Positions 12,986-26,508 of a DNA stretch of 64,000 nt are shown piece after piece. The notes beneath the pieces are model-generated. The model had not been told where the DNA came from. It saw only the letters and a list, made by a program, of their open reading frames with translations, and did not search any database. Origin of the DNA: Octopus vulgaris (taxonomy: Eukaryota); NCBI GenBank assembly GCA_951406725.2, contig OX597814.1, forward strand, positions 154,194,001-154,258,000, given 5' to 3'. How positions within the stretch are numbered: the stretch's first letter is position 1; each line of letters begins with the position of its first letter. The position numbers and the translations under genes are program-made.

Positions 12986-14219
12986 TAGTTAATAAAATTA
13001 TTATTCAACTATGATTGAACAGCACCATTATTAAAGACATTCCAGACGTCTTCAATGTACAACATACTTCATTCTCCAATGCATTCTTCTTTAACATTTG
13101 ATAGACTTATATAAAATAATAACGAACTTATTGTATACAGTGCTCAGGTGCACTACAATAATTTCGCTATTATCTGTAGTATGTCAAGCAATTGCATAAA
13201 GCATTTGTTTTATAGGTATTCTTATTTCTAATACCAACTGTTCTTGTGATATGTCAAACTTTAGATATGGAATCCATCAATCTGCCAAATTCCACTGCAT
13301 ATTTTACAATGAGTATTTAATGTTCCTGTTTCCTTGTTTCACTTTTTTCTCTAATAGTTACTTTCACTTTCATCATGTGTAAGTTTTTTCTTAATCCTAA
13401 CATTTTGATAAAAAATATTTCTCTAAATATTATAACTGTATCAAGTAATTTAACCATAACACAGGCGTTATAACGTTTGGAACAGAAATATGTAGAACTC
13501 ACTCTCTCGTACAATATTACCTCTCATAACTATCTACCATAAAAATGTTGGAAACTTTTTTTCAGGTATTATTAAAATTTGTCGAACCTATTTTCATGCC
13601 ATTGGCCATCAGAGCTATGAAAACTTAGCACACTGCAACTGCATGAAAATAGATTTGACTAATTTTATTATTACCTTAAAAAATACTAAATTTCAAACAT
13701 CTTTATGGTCAAATATGTTTAGAACAATTCCAAACCATAAAAATTGCACTTTAAAATAGTGTTTAGCAACAGTGGTGTATTTTTCCTTCAAACTATGAAC
13801 AGGAGTTTAGATACATACCAGCTACTACAAATAACTGTTTGTACAAAAAGTAAGGCCCTACATACATCAAACGGTCTTTAAATTAAGTGGCAGCAGAAGA
13901 ATTAGCATTGAACTTTTTAAAAGGTAAGTTTATTGTTGCCTCTGGCCAGCATTATGTTGGTTGTTCAAGGATAGGAAATAAAAACAAGCTTTTTGTACTG
14001 ACCCTGAATGGGAAGACAAAAAAAAATGTTGTTTATCATACAGCTCTGCAATAAGTTCCAAGTCGACAAATTATATTGTTTTGATGAAAATTGTTCATTG
14101 CTTGAAAGATATTGTTCATGTTTAATAAAATTTAATATGTACTCAATGCATGAAGTGTCCTTGTTGGGTCCAAGGCCCAATGAAAAGCCCTACACAGGAG
14201 CTAGCTTAAAAGCCACCCT

Positions 14220-15415
14220 GTCAGGTGGGTTTTAAGCTAGGCATAGGTAGAAACTTTATAAGATGTACACGGTGTAAGTTATGGACACATAAGAGGTGCA
14301 ACAATATCAAAGGAAGGTTAACTGGGAAGATAGTTTTTGTGTGTGGAAGATGCACATGGGCAATAAACACTGAAGATGTTCAGAAAGCAGATTCCATCAC
14401 ATGTCAGGGGGAAAAATGAAGTAGTTAATAGCTTCCGTTATCTAGGTGACCAAGTCTGAGAGCATAGCTGCTAGAATAAGAAAAGCCTGACAAATTTGAG
14501 AGAGCTCCTACCTCTGCTGGTAAAAAAGGGCCTTTCATTCAGAGTGAAAGGTAGACCGTATGATGCTTGTGTGTGAACAGTCATGCTACCCGGCAATAAA
14601 ACATGGGCTGTGACTGCTGAGGACATGCGTAAGCTTGCAAGGAATGATACTAGTATGTTCTGTTGGATGTATAATGTTGGTGTGCATACATGACAGAGTG
14701 TAAGCAACCTGAGAGAAAAGTTGGACATAAGAAGCATCGGATGTGGTGTGCAAGAGATGACTGCACTGGTATGGTCATGTGTTGCATATGGATGAGGACA
14801 GCTGTGTGAAGAAGTGTCACACCCTAACAGTGGAGGGAACCTGTGGAAGAGGTAGACCCAGGAAGGCATGGCCTTCACCTGGTGGTGAAGCATGACCTAC
14901 AAACGTTGGGCCTCATAGAGGCAATGACAAGCGACTGAGACCTTTGGAGATATGCTGTGCTTGAGAAGACCCGGCAAGCCAAGTGAGATTGTAGCCGTGG
15001 CCAATGCCAGGGTCGCATAACGTGGTCCGTATTAAAGTACCCTTCAATCGTCGGGCAACAAGCTGTGCTTGAGAAAACCTGTTCAGTTAAGTGACATCAT
15101 AGCCATGGCTGATGCCAGTGGTATGTAAAAAGTACCATTCGAGTGTGGTTGATGCCAGTGCAACCTAAAAGGCTCCCATGTCGGTGGCACATAAAAAGCA
15201 CAATTTGAGCATGGCTGATGCCAGTGCTGCCTGACTGGTTGCACATAAAATGCACCCACTACACTCTCAGTGTGGTTGGCATTAGGAAGGGCATCTAGCT
15301 GTAGAAACCTTGCAAGATCAGACTGGAGCCTGGTGCAGCCTCCTGACTTTCTGTTCCTCAGTCAAATTGTTCAACCCATGCCAGCATGGAAAATGGATGT
15401 TAAATGATGATGATG
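14220..15415 (+). mobile_element. Degenerate 5'-truncated RTE-clade LINE with its 3' UTR ending in (GAT)n
   Basis: IRCTRCKLWTHKRC...FVCGRC, SFRYLGDQ, ELLPLL, HWYGHV, GRGRPRK with stops and frameshifts; 3' UTR equals the dispersed (GAT)n-tailed repeat. Confidence 0.85.
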
Positions 15416-17004
15416 TATGCATGTGTGTATCTGTGTTTGTCCCTCACCACCGCTTGACAACTGGTGTTGATTTATTTATATCCATATAACGTAGCAGTTC
15501 ATCAAAAGGAACTGATAGAATAAGTATTGATTTTTTAAAAATAATTAGTAGCGGGGGTGCAATTTGTTTGACTAAAACCATTAAAGTAGAACCCCAGGAT
15601 GGCTGCAGTCCAATGACTGAAACAAGTAAAAGAAAAAGAAAACTTAAAGCATCATTGAAGTGATTCAGAATACTTTAGTTATATTTTGAAATATAGATTT
15701 TCATTTTATTTTTATGATAAAATTAAATGTTGTTTTTTCACAGTAAAAGCCTATGTTCTAAGAGCACATAATAGAAAACCAAAACCTGGTAAATTACCTA
15801 GAAGACAAAATTTACCTTCAGTTCATTTACATTGTTTTGAGAAACATATTTTTACCATGACACTGAACTAGAAGCTGTTTTTCTCCTTTTCATCAAATAA
15901 AAATATTGGATTAACAAAACAAACCACATTATCCCAATAGTACATATATGTACGATCATTTGATTCTGACTAGAGTAATGATATCAAAACAAGAGGTTAT
16001 AATTAATTAAATTTAATGATATAATTTCTTTACAAAAAAAAAAAAGAAGAATTTTACCACAAATGGAGAGGGAAGGAGAGAGAGATAGAGAGAGGTGGGG
16101 GTGTTAATGGAGTGAACAAATTAAAGACAAACAAGTATTAAGTTATTGTAAAAAAAACATCAAGAAGTAAAATATATATATACTTAATGTTATATAATAT
16201 TACAAGTGATAATTAATCTGACATAAAAAAAAATTTATGATATAAAAAAATTCATCATATCAATTTACAAATGGCATATTCTTGCAAAATAAATATAATA
16301 TATAAAACACACAGGTCATGTTGTTTAGAATGGAAGGTGTAAAAACTGTCATTCGGCATGAAACGTTTGTGATAGAGAAGATAGTAAAAAGACAGTTTTG
16401 ATTCCAACAGAATGTGATGAGTGATAATAGTTGGATTGTTGTCATGAAAGGAACATGTTTGAATTAAAACAATTCAGTGATACATGAAAGACAATATTTG
16501 TGTTGTATTTGAGTCAATTTAATTGACCTATTGGTCAATGACTGCTATGACTGTTTAGAATGGTGGGTAATTTATTTGACTAGAAGGAAAACGAGAAAGA
16601 GAGAGGGAGCGGGTGGAGAAAGAAAGAAAAACGTCCACTTTAAGTAGCAGGCTAAATAAAGCCTTGTTGTTTGACAAATATAATAGTTTATTTAAATAAA
16701 AAAAATATATTTCAAATTGAAATTCTTGAAATATCATTGATGAAACAACGGTAATGTTCTTTTCCTGTCATTCAAAATTTAAAATGATCCCAAATGAAGA
16801 AGAATTAGGACAGTGAGAAAAATGTGCAAATTTAGTATGACACGAACAATCTAGGTTTCTCACAAAAAATAAATATGTGACCTTATCAGAGATATAGCAA
16901 CAGTATTAATAGCAGTAGCAATGAAGGTGGTGAAAATGGCAGTGGTATAAGACAGAGCTCTACAAGTAACTGGGTTTTCTTTATATATATGTGTGTATGT
17001 ATAA

Positions 17005-17050
<46 letters not shown>

Positions 17051-20000
17051 GTGTTCATTTTTGTTTTTATGTTCAGTTATAATAAAAGCAATTTTATGGT
17101 GATCTAATAGGTTGGTCCATATTTTTATAGAGTACAAATTTATTATTCTTACACAAGAATGTTGTTGACTAACCTCGAAGTTTGGGCCTGTCAACAACAT
17201 TCTTGTATTAGTATGCATATATACATATATATACATATGCATACACACACACACACACACACATACATACACACAGAAAGACATGCAGCAGTGCTCATGG
17301 CCTTTGCAACCATCTCAGAAAGTGAGATTAAAACAACTGTTGCTCAGCTTGAACATATATGAAGAACAAAAAGAAAAAAAAAAAGAAAGAAAGTAGGAAG
17401 GGATTGAACTGAATGTCTGGTGCAAATGTTGACAACAAAGTTCACTTTACTAAAAATACCAAAGGACCAAGTGATTGCATTAAAGTGAGAAATAAAACTC
17501 TGCTTTGGTAAAGAACTTTCTCTTCATTGAGTTACTAATGATGATGATGATGATGATGATGAAGTTGTTTCATGTAATTGCAAAAAAATAATGTTTAAAG
17601 TCATAATTCAATTAATTGGTGAGAAAAAAAAACAAAAAACAAAAAAATCAATGTAGAACTGAAATTAGCCTTTTCTTTGATTAATTTGAAACATTTGGGG
17701 AGTCTATCATATATGCTACTACAAGACCAATGGATTCACTGCTATTCTTAACACGACAATGTTTAAATGTATTGTGAAATCAGAGAAATGAGACATGCTA
17801 TAGAAGAGGATTGGATTTTATTGGGTTAAGCAAATTCTAAATGTAATACAGACTAAGCTAAACTCATATATTGTGTATAATGTCTATAAAGAACACAACA
17901 GTGAAATGCTTCAGTTAATAAATTTATGGATTTCTAAGCTTTTACATATATATATACACACACACATACATTCCTTTCTACTATAGACACAAGGCATGAA
18001 ATTTTGGGGGAGAGGGCTAGTCAATTACATCGACCCCCAGTACTTAACTGATACTTATTTTATCGATCCTATATGGAAGAAAGATAAAGTCAACCTTGGC
18101 TGAATTTGAACTCAGAATGTAAAGATGGATGAAATGCATAGCAGCATTTCGCCCAGCATGCTAAAGATTCTGCCAGCTCACCACCTTTATATAAATATAT
18201 TGATTTGACTTATTTCTCATCTCTACTTTATCATGAGCAGGTATTGTTTTAAATGATGAGCTCTCTTCTAATTTTTTCTTACAGTGTAAAATTTATTTCC
18301 TTGTACTCCAGCTTGCTTTATATTTAATTTTATCCCTGAAGTCTTGGGTATTTTGCATGCAGATCCTACCTTTGAACTGATTATTTTGCGATATTTAAAA
18401 AAAACTACTTTTAAAAATCTTATAAGTGACTCATCACGGAAATAAAATATCACTGATAATGGTTGGCCATACAATTGAATCACCCTAGTAGATGAGCTGC
18501 ATGGGAAATTAATAGTGAAATGTAGACGGAGTTTTTTAAAAACCATTTTTGATTTTCAGCACAGAAATTTATTGTTTTGAGAAGATAAATAGAAGTGAAA
18601 ATTACAAAAACTCATAAAATACTAATTGAGGAACCACAAAATAACTGTTAGGCTAGTTTATAAAACTGATATAAAAAATACCAAAAGTAGCAAAATACTA
18701 CGCTAACCATAAAATGTATTATTTTCTTTTCTGAATAAATTATGTAACAACAGTTAAAATGTATATTTAAGAAAACCACACAATGGCTGAGGCAAGGTTT
18801 AATCTAACTCTGTAGCCACTAGTTAGCATCTTGACCTCACAGCTACTCTACTTTCTAAAATGTTAGACTTAAACAGAATAATGTGTTTCATTAATAAATG
18901 TTAAGTTTTAAAACAGAACTCTTTAAAGTAAAGGATATGAGCTTCAGTATGATATGAACACAGAACAAAAAAAAAAAAATTCTGCAAATCATATATGAAG
19001 AATGACTAGAAAAAAAAGTATAGTTACAAGCATGATATTTGGATTATTTTTAAAATTTATTCTGAATGAAATTGGATTTGGAATTTATTTTTGTTTATAA
19101 AACAAATTGAAACATGATTGATAATTTTCAGAGAATAGCACCAGATATTGATAGATTTTTCTGATAAGCAAAAATAATTTCTGCTAATTAAATTTTTGAA
19201 TACAAAAAGCTGATGGCTGTTACATTTCATAAACTTTTAAATAGTAAAAAATATTACAAGGGAATAAGAATTGGTGATACAAAGTGGATATTTAGAAACT
19301 TCCACTCTTACTACATCCATATATGTCAGGTTTTATATGCTGTTAAACAGATTTTTCAAACATGATTTTGCCAGATTCAGTGGTTCTAGTAATAAGACTT
19401 CCCACCTTTTATGAAATATATTGATTGATTGGGGGGTAAAAAATGATGTAAAATTTATTAAGTAGAATGAGAGATGACAGTTATTGTATTGTAACAGGTC
19501 ATTTGTCATAAAAACAAATGTTTTCTTTTAGTGGAGGTGGAAGGCTACTAGAAGATTTGGATGTTCAAATAAAGGAAAAGTGTGAGGTTACTGAGATTTC
19601 CTACAGAAAGCTGTTCTCTTTGGTGACATTCGTGAAACAAATGCAAGCATAACAGACTTATGAGCAAATAACAATTCTAGGCAGAGAAAAAAAAAGAAGA
19701 TATAATTGATAGCAACAATAGATTTTTGTTTCGAAATTAAATCCATACTAGTGAAGCACCAAGGGCCAATGTTGAGGACAGTAGGTCTTGTGACATACGA
19801 TAGCAGCTCACCTTTAATGACACCTGCAAATCTGGACGGAGGAATTTATTTAGACGTATTTACAATAGACAGGCAACTTACAAAGGGAATGCAAAAGTTA
19901 CTTCCCTTGAATTCGCTGTCATTGCCAGTCAAAAGGAAAGAAAAGCACTTGCAGTCCAAAATACATTGGGATTATTTTGATTTTCGTTGACAAAAACGTG

Positions 20001-23000
20001 TGGGGTTGATCTTATCATGACCCAAATCATGTTAGTGGAGATGAAGCCAGGCCTTGATGTGATATGTTACAGAGTTGAAGTACCTCAAACAAGTGGTGTT
20101 TAACAACTGGTATATTGGTAAATACATGGCATATATATGTTAGAGGGGTGCAATCGTTGCTATTTGGTTTAGCAATAGAACGCCAATTTAGAAACTAAGG
20201 CAAAGTATTCATTAAAAAAAAAAAAACAGAAGGAGAAATAGGGAAAATAGCAATGAATTATGATGTTATCAATATCAAAAATGTGTTATAAGCAGTGTAT
20301 CAAAATATTTTTGTGGAGCTCTTAGACAATATATCAATAGGCCTAAAATAATAACTTAGACGGGACATCTATGAAGAAAAAAAAATTTACACTTATGGCA
20401 TAAATAATCCTTTCTACTGAAAATGCAAGGCCTGAAAATTGAGGCAGGAGGAGATTAGTTGATTACATTGACCCCAGTGTTTCACTGGTACTTAATTTAT
20501 CAACCCCAAAAGGATGAAAGGCAAAGTTGAACTCGGTGGAATTTGAACTGAGAATGTAAAGACAGATGAAGTGTTGCTAAGCATTTTGCCTGGCATGCTA
20601 ATGATTCTGTCAACTAGCAGCCTTAGTGGCATAAATAAAAATAGAATTATTTCAGTCAGGTGTTCACGATTCTAAGTTACTCTCAATTGAATGAAAAATC
20701 ATGTATTTCTTCATATATATATATTCTTTTTCATGTTTTTACTGTATCGAAGTTTCCAACCATTAATTGTTAGAAGTATATAACTTTGAATTTCAGTGAT
20801 TATATATTTATAAAAACTCCATACACACTGTCAAATATGGAATAATTCTCCATAATACTTAACACAAATTATTGAAAATCTCCATGTTTATGATAATTAC
20901 TTGTAATTACTTGCTGGAAGAAAACTTCAGTCTCAATACAGACAGAATTACTCTGATCTCAGAAAAAATTTAATAGAGTTGCTAATTTGGATAAATGTGA
21001 ATCTAGTTCTGGTTAGTTACATATTTAGGAGCAAAGTGTTTGTTAAATTTAAAGCAATTTCCACTAGTTTTGTGCCCTTTGTCATCACTATATATTCAGC
21101 TCTCACTGGTAACTCCAAGTAAATATGAGTAGACGATAATCTCTACATTTTGAGCAACTATCTCAACTGATTGTCAGAGTAGCTCTTTGTTGAGAATCTG
21201 TCCTCTCATTCTTTAAAAAAAAATAAAGGGAAGGACAAATTTGTAAAAGTAGTCCTAGCTACACCACATCTAAAAAAATGTGGATTAGTCATGGCTGGAA
21301 TACTTTTGATCATAGGTCTGCTTGGTCAGACCTTGGAGTTAAGCAACAAAAGGTTGAACAGCAGATGTGTGAGAGCAAAATGAATGATACAGACAGGCAT
21401 ACATAAAGCTTATGTCATTGGGTATTAAAGGAAACATTGTAGAAAAAAATCATAAATTCTAAGTATTAACATAGGCTAAACATTGCTTATAGATAAAACA
21501 AAAGTATTAAATTAAATAGACTGTGAATAAGGTTTCTAACAGTTGGGTTATGAATCCATAGTCTTTTGATGCTGAATTCTACTTACTTCACCAAAATGAA
21601 GGTAACAAGGAAGCCTCTTTGTGGTTGTTAGACCTATTCTAGCAAGTGTGTCATCTAACCAATGTTAGAATGGAAGAATTAACAAAAAATCCCTCCAAAT
21701 ACATCTCAAAATGAAGAACATTTTTTGTCTTGAGTTAAATGAAGGTTAGCAATTTATAAAACATATTTATAGCTATGCATTAATAAACTCTATGATAAAG
21801 TTAACATGAAGGAATTTATGCCATTGTACTAATGATATTTTACTAACACATTCATATTTAATAACCATTATGTCTGTAGCGATTTTGTAGTAGCCTGACA
21901 GAACAGAATCTGAGACAGGAGTAAAGAAAACAGTTTCTAGTGTTTACAGAATATAGTAAAGATCTGAGAAGAAGTTTCACATTAGGGGAAGATGTTAGAT
22001 TGTAGTGTAAAGGTATGTATAAGAGTGGTATTTCTATATCTGGAAGACTATACTGCATTTTCATGAACAATGGCATGTAAAGATTATGTATATATACACA
22101 CACATATGATGTATAGATTTTCTGTTTTACTGCATTCAGCATCTCATAATAATGGTTATTTACAGATTTATATTATATTATACATATATAAACTGGTACT
22201 CTGTCAGTTATAACAGGTCTCCAGTTGATTAGATCAATGAAATAACCTGCTTGTGAAGTTAACATGCAAGTGGTCAAGCACACCACAGACATGCGTACCT
22301 GTAATGTAATTCTCAAGAAGATTCAGCATGACACAGAATGTGACAAGGCTGGCACATTAAAATACAGGTGCTATTCATTTTAGAACATATCTTTACCTGT
22401 GTGTGTAAAAGAGAAGTGCCCTAAGGATTAAGGTAAATTACAATCTAAATGACACTAAAGTTTAATATCAACAGATTCTAAGAACATAAAAAGCCACGTT
22501 AATTTAAGTATTGAAATTAAATTAACTCTGCAGCATTTCCATAATGAAGGTAAGACAAGGAATTAAATTGCAAAGTAAATACTAATCAAAAGAAAAAGTG
22601 TTATAAAATGGTTTGAAAATTTAATAAAAATCATAAAAAAGATTATTTACCTCAAGGGAGTACAGTTTAGTAGAAATTTACAATTTCTTATATATATATA
22701 TATTCAATGGCTAGCATTATAACTTTCTGTCTATTAACAATTAAGACTAGGTGGTTAATTAGTAGAGTCATTAGATTGTTAGAATGCTTTGCAGTATCTA
22801 TTCCAACTCCTTGAGCCCTGGGTTCAAATTCTGCCAAGGTCAGTATTGTTTTTCATTCTTTCAGAGTTGATAAAAAACTTAGCAACCCTGGGTAGTGAAT
22901 CAGCATAACTGTTAGAGGGCTAAGCAAAATGTCCTGCAGTGTCTGGTCTTTGTGTTTTGATATTAACACCTGTGATGACATTAATGTGAAGCTGTATCGG

Positions 23001-24484
23001 CTTAAGTGAGTCACCTTTCTTTCGGATAAACATTGGTGGTAGAGAGAAGGGACTTGCATGCATCATTAACTTCCAGTCTTCTTGCATGAACAAAAAAAAC
23101 CCTGCCCAGGTCTGTGCATATGTGTACAAATGCATAGTTAACCTTGTCTGACAGGGCATCATCACCATCACCATAACTTTACTAAGACTATTTACAAGAT
23201 GTGTCACTTCTTGATACCTAAAAGTGCCTCATTATTTATTAAATTTTATTCATTATTCTGAAAATTAAGAATAATATTAGTGGGGAAATGGTCTGTAATT
23301 AAGCTAATAACAAAATAAAATTGTAACTATTCAAATAATTTTTGGTTTTCTTAAAAACAAAAACAAAATTGTTTTACGGACAAAACTCATATTTTGAGTT
23401 CTGTCTTTAGACTAGTTACATATGACAGAGCTTATTCACAAAAATATTTAAAATATCAGTTCTATTTTCAAACATTAAGCTTCCGATGATTTCTAACATA
23501 TTAACATATAAAATATATTTGATTATTTCAAGCGCAGAGATTGATTTTAGTTCAAAATATTTTGGCAGTTGGTTAAAAGGCTTATGTCATGGGTTCCTCA
23601 TTTTTAAAATTATATTTTTCCAGTATCCCAGTTGTGACAAACATGTAAAAGAATCAAGGAGAAAATCCAAATATATTCTAGCATTAAGTGACAAAATATT
23701 CCAGAGCTTAACTTCTTGTGACAATAGTTTAAAAAATAACTGTACGAGGCACATAGAAGAATTTGTAAGAGAAAATCAATTGGGATCTTCTTTGAATAAT
23801 TTCAAAATATAACTGCTTTTTTTATTTAAATTAATAGAATAAATCATTAAAGATAAGTAAATCTGTGGATGTGGTATTATGTTAACAGCTTTGAATACTT
23901 TCTCCCCATTACAATTGATCACCATCTAGCTTTTGAGAAATGTCTTATTTCCTTGTATTAAAATGTGATAATTTTAGAGATCATTTATTTTCCTCCTTTT
24001 TGAAACATGAGACAATTCAGGTGGGTTTTTTTTTTCTTAAACATTAAATTGGCCATGTTAATCTCATCTTCAATAAAATACGATGAGCTAACAGAAACTG
24101 CAAATCCCTACTGAGCAGAATGTAGGATGAAATCTGGAGTGAGACCTAGTGGGTTATAAAACATAACCTGGCACATCAGAGAATGCTTGATAAACAGTTA
24201 AAAAGAAACAATCAATGATATACAAGAATAATGACCAAGTTTTGTATAGCCATGGCAGTAAATGTTTGACAGAAATGGGACTTACTTGGATTTATGATCA
24301 ACAGAAAATAATTTAGAGCAATAGCAGAATAAACCTCTTAGATGATTAAGATTATAATTTTCCAGACTATTAACCTTATCTATACAGTATATTTACATCA
24401 GCACTGTGTTTTGAATAGATTGATCTCCTATCATCAGCAGTGTGCATCATATATATATATATATATATATATAAACGGGAAGCT

Positions 24485-24519
<35 letters not shown>

Positions 24520-24528
24520 CGGGAAGCT

Positions 24529-24573
<45 letters not shown>

Positions 24574-24720
24574 TATTTATTTATTCCTAGACTGGATTTG
24601 AACTAGGAATCTTTATTACTAATTTAAAGGTAATAATGAGCTTATTCATTAAGCCACAGACATGTTCAAATTATATTACATTTTTAGGTTATTTGTATGT
24701 TTTTGCTTTCAGCTTATATA

Positions 24721-24758
<38 letters not shown>

Positions 24759-25147
24759 CACACACAAACATATACATACATATATTCTTAGATTTCTCTA
24801 AGTTTTCCTTCTGTCTGGTTCTATTTCAATTATGAAAATTTATTTCACAGAAATATGTTTTAATTAATAACTTGGAAAATTATATCTTAATGAACAACAT
24901 CTCAGATATTTAGGACTCTTAGATGATGTTAAATTTCTCAGACTAGTGGTCCCAATTCTAACATTGGCTTTATTGATATATATATATATCCTCATCATCA
25001 TTAAACATCTATTGTCCATGCTGACATGGGAATATACATATATATGCATATATATATATATATATACACACATGTATATAAACAAAACCTTAATAGAGAA
25101 CTTCTGTTGAAAGCTTCTTGTTTTCTAGCAATTTAAAAATATATATT

Positions 25148-25884
25148 TCAGTCTGAAACGCTAGAAGATTTTCTTTCTTTTAGATGTCCTGTTATTGACT
25201 TACTGTCTTTACTGAGATTTGCTGCTGAATATTTCCGGTTTGATGCTTGGAAACATTCTCCACGAGACTGAGCATGTTCTTCCCCTGCCTTTTGAGCTGC
25301 TACAGTGGCAACCATATCAATTGTAGCATAGTCTATTATAGAATCTCTGGGATTTGTTGCCTTCATTTGAGTGGGACCGTTTGGAAAATTAGAAGAAAGG
25401 TCAATTTCAGCATAGTTCAATAGGGGTTCTGGTTGGTCTACAGAGGTAAAAGGAGAACATGGAGGCGTCATGTCTATATTCACATAAGAAGATACGGACT
25501 CATGTGTATCTGGATCACGGCCTAAATTTACATAAGCCGGATTTTCATTTTGGGGTGGTGGAGAATTGTTATTGATATTGTTTGAAACTGCTTGAGGTAA
25601 ATTATCGAATGTAAATACAAGACCTGCAGAAGCAGATTGTGGTGTTTGAGGGCTGCCGGTATCAGCACTGCAGCCATCAATAGATTTCTTTCGTTCAACA
25701 AGTTGGTAATCTTTACCAGACCGAGGTCTTAAAATTGTTGATGCAGGACTACTGCGCACAGCATCCTCAGCAGACAGAGACTCAACAGTTCCTGCATTAG
25801 GTGTGAGTAAGGGTTCATCATCTTGTGGGCTGGCATCATTTGATCTGAGTTGTTTAGCTTCAGATGTCTGGGAACTTTCATCTT
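25148..25884 (-). CDS. DOK7: DOK7-like adaptor, last coding exon (YVNL, YVNI, LNYAEIDL, IDYATIDM), TGA at 25148-25150
   Basis: atttgcag|AAGAT, phase 1; open to the stop in the 203-aa ORF frame. Confidence 0.88.
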
Positions 25885-26318
25885 CTGCAAATTTAAAATT
25901 AAAAAAAAAAAGTCACTAAATTATTGGTATTTTATAAAGTTATCATCAGTATCAAATATTATTTGGTTATAAAATAACAATGGTGAAATAATAATTTCTT
26001 TCAACTCAGGTACATGATTAATTCAATTAACACTATGAGATTAAAGTTAATTTATTAACTGTAAAAAGAGAATCCTCCTGCCCCTGTACATTTCCACTCA
26101 AAGCTTAGAATGAAATAAAATTACAGTATAATATTTAGGTGTTAAACAACCATTTCTAACAATTCCTTTGTTCTAAAGATATAAAAGACTTATGCTGTTG
26201 TTTGGCCTGTTGGCATCAGCTTCCAAACACATTGCCAAAGGTTAAAGATAGAAGGGTTTTGGTGCATACATTTGATAGTGTGACCCTTCTTCCACAAACT
26301 CTCAGCCAACTGATGGAA

Positions 26319-26353
<35 letters not shown>

Positions 26354-26508
26354 AAGAACTGAAGGAGAGATACATAAATCAAAGTTGGCTTCAGAGTGCA
26401 GAGAGCAAGAACACATCTTGCATCTAATGCCCTAAGTACGCTAAATTTGTACCTTGCCTTTAAGTTGGTAAAAGATTTTCATCAGAAAAATTAACACTGC
26501 AAGCTTAC

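Noticed and set aside
15000-15270. Spaced GCCAGTG..TAAAAAGCACC repeats resembling a CRISPR array
   Set aside because: Degenerate subrepeats in the RTE 3' UTR; eukaryotic context and no cas genes.
19706-19990. 94-aa plus-strand ORF in unique sequence
   Set aside because: Non-ATG start, no recognisable domain or splice partners; more likely UTR or intergenic.
24475-24570. Duplicated ACGGGAAGCTTTATATG plus (AT)n
   Set aside because: Ordinary microsatellite-associated slippage duplication.
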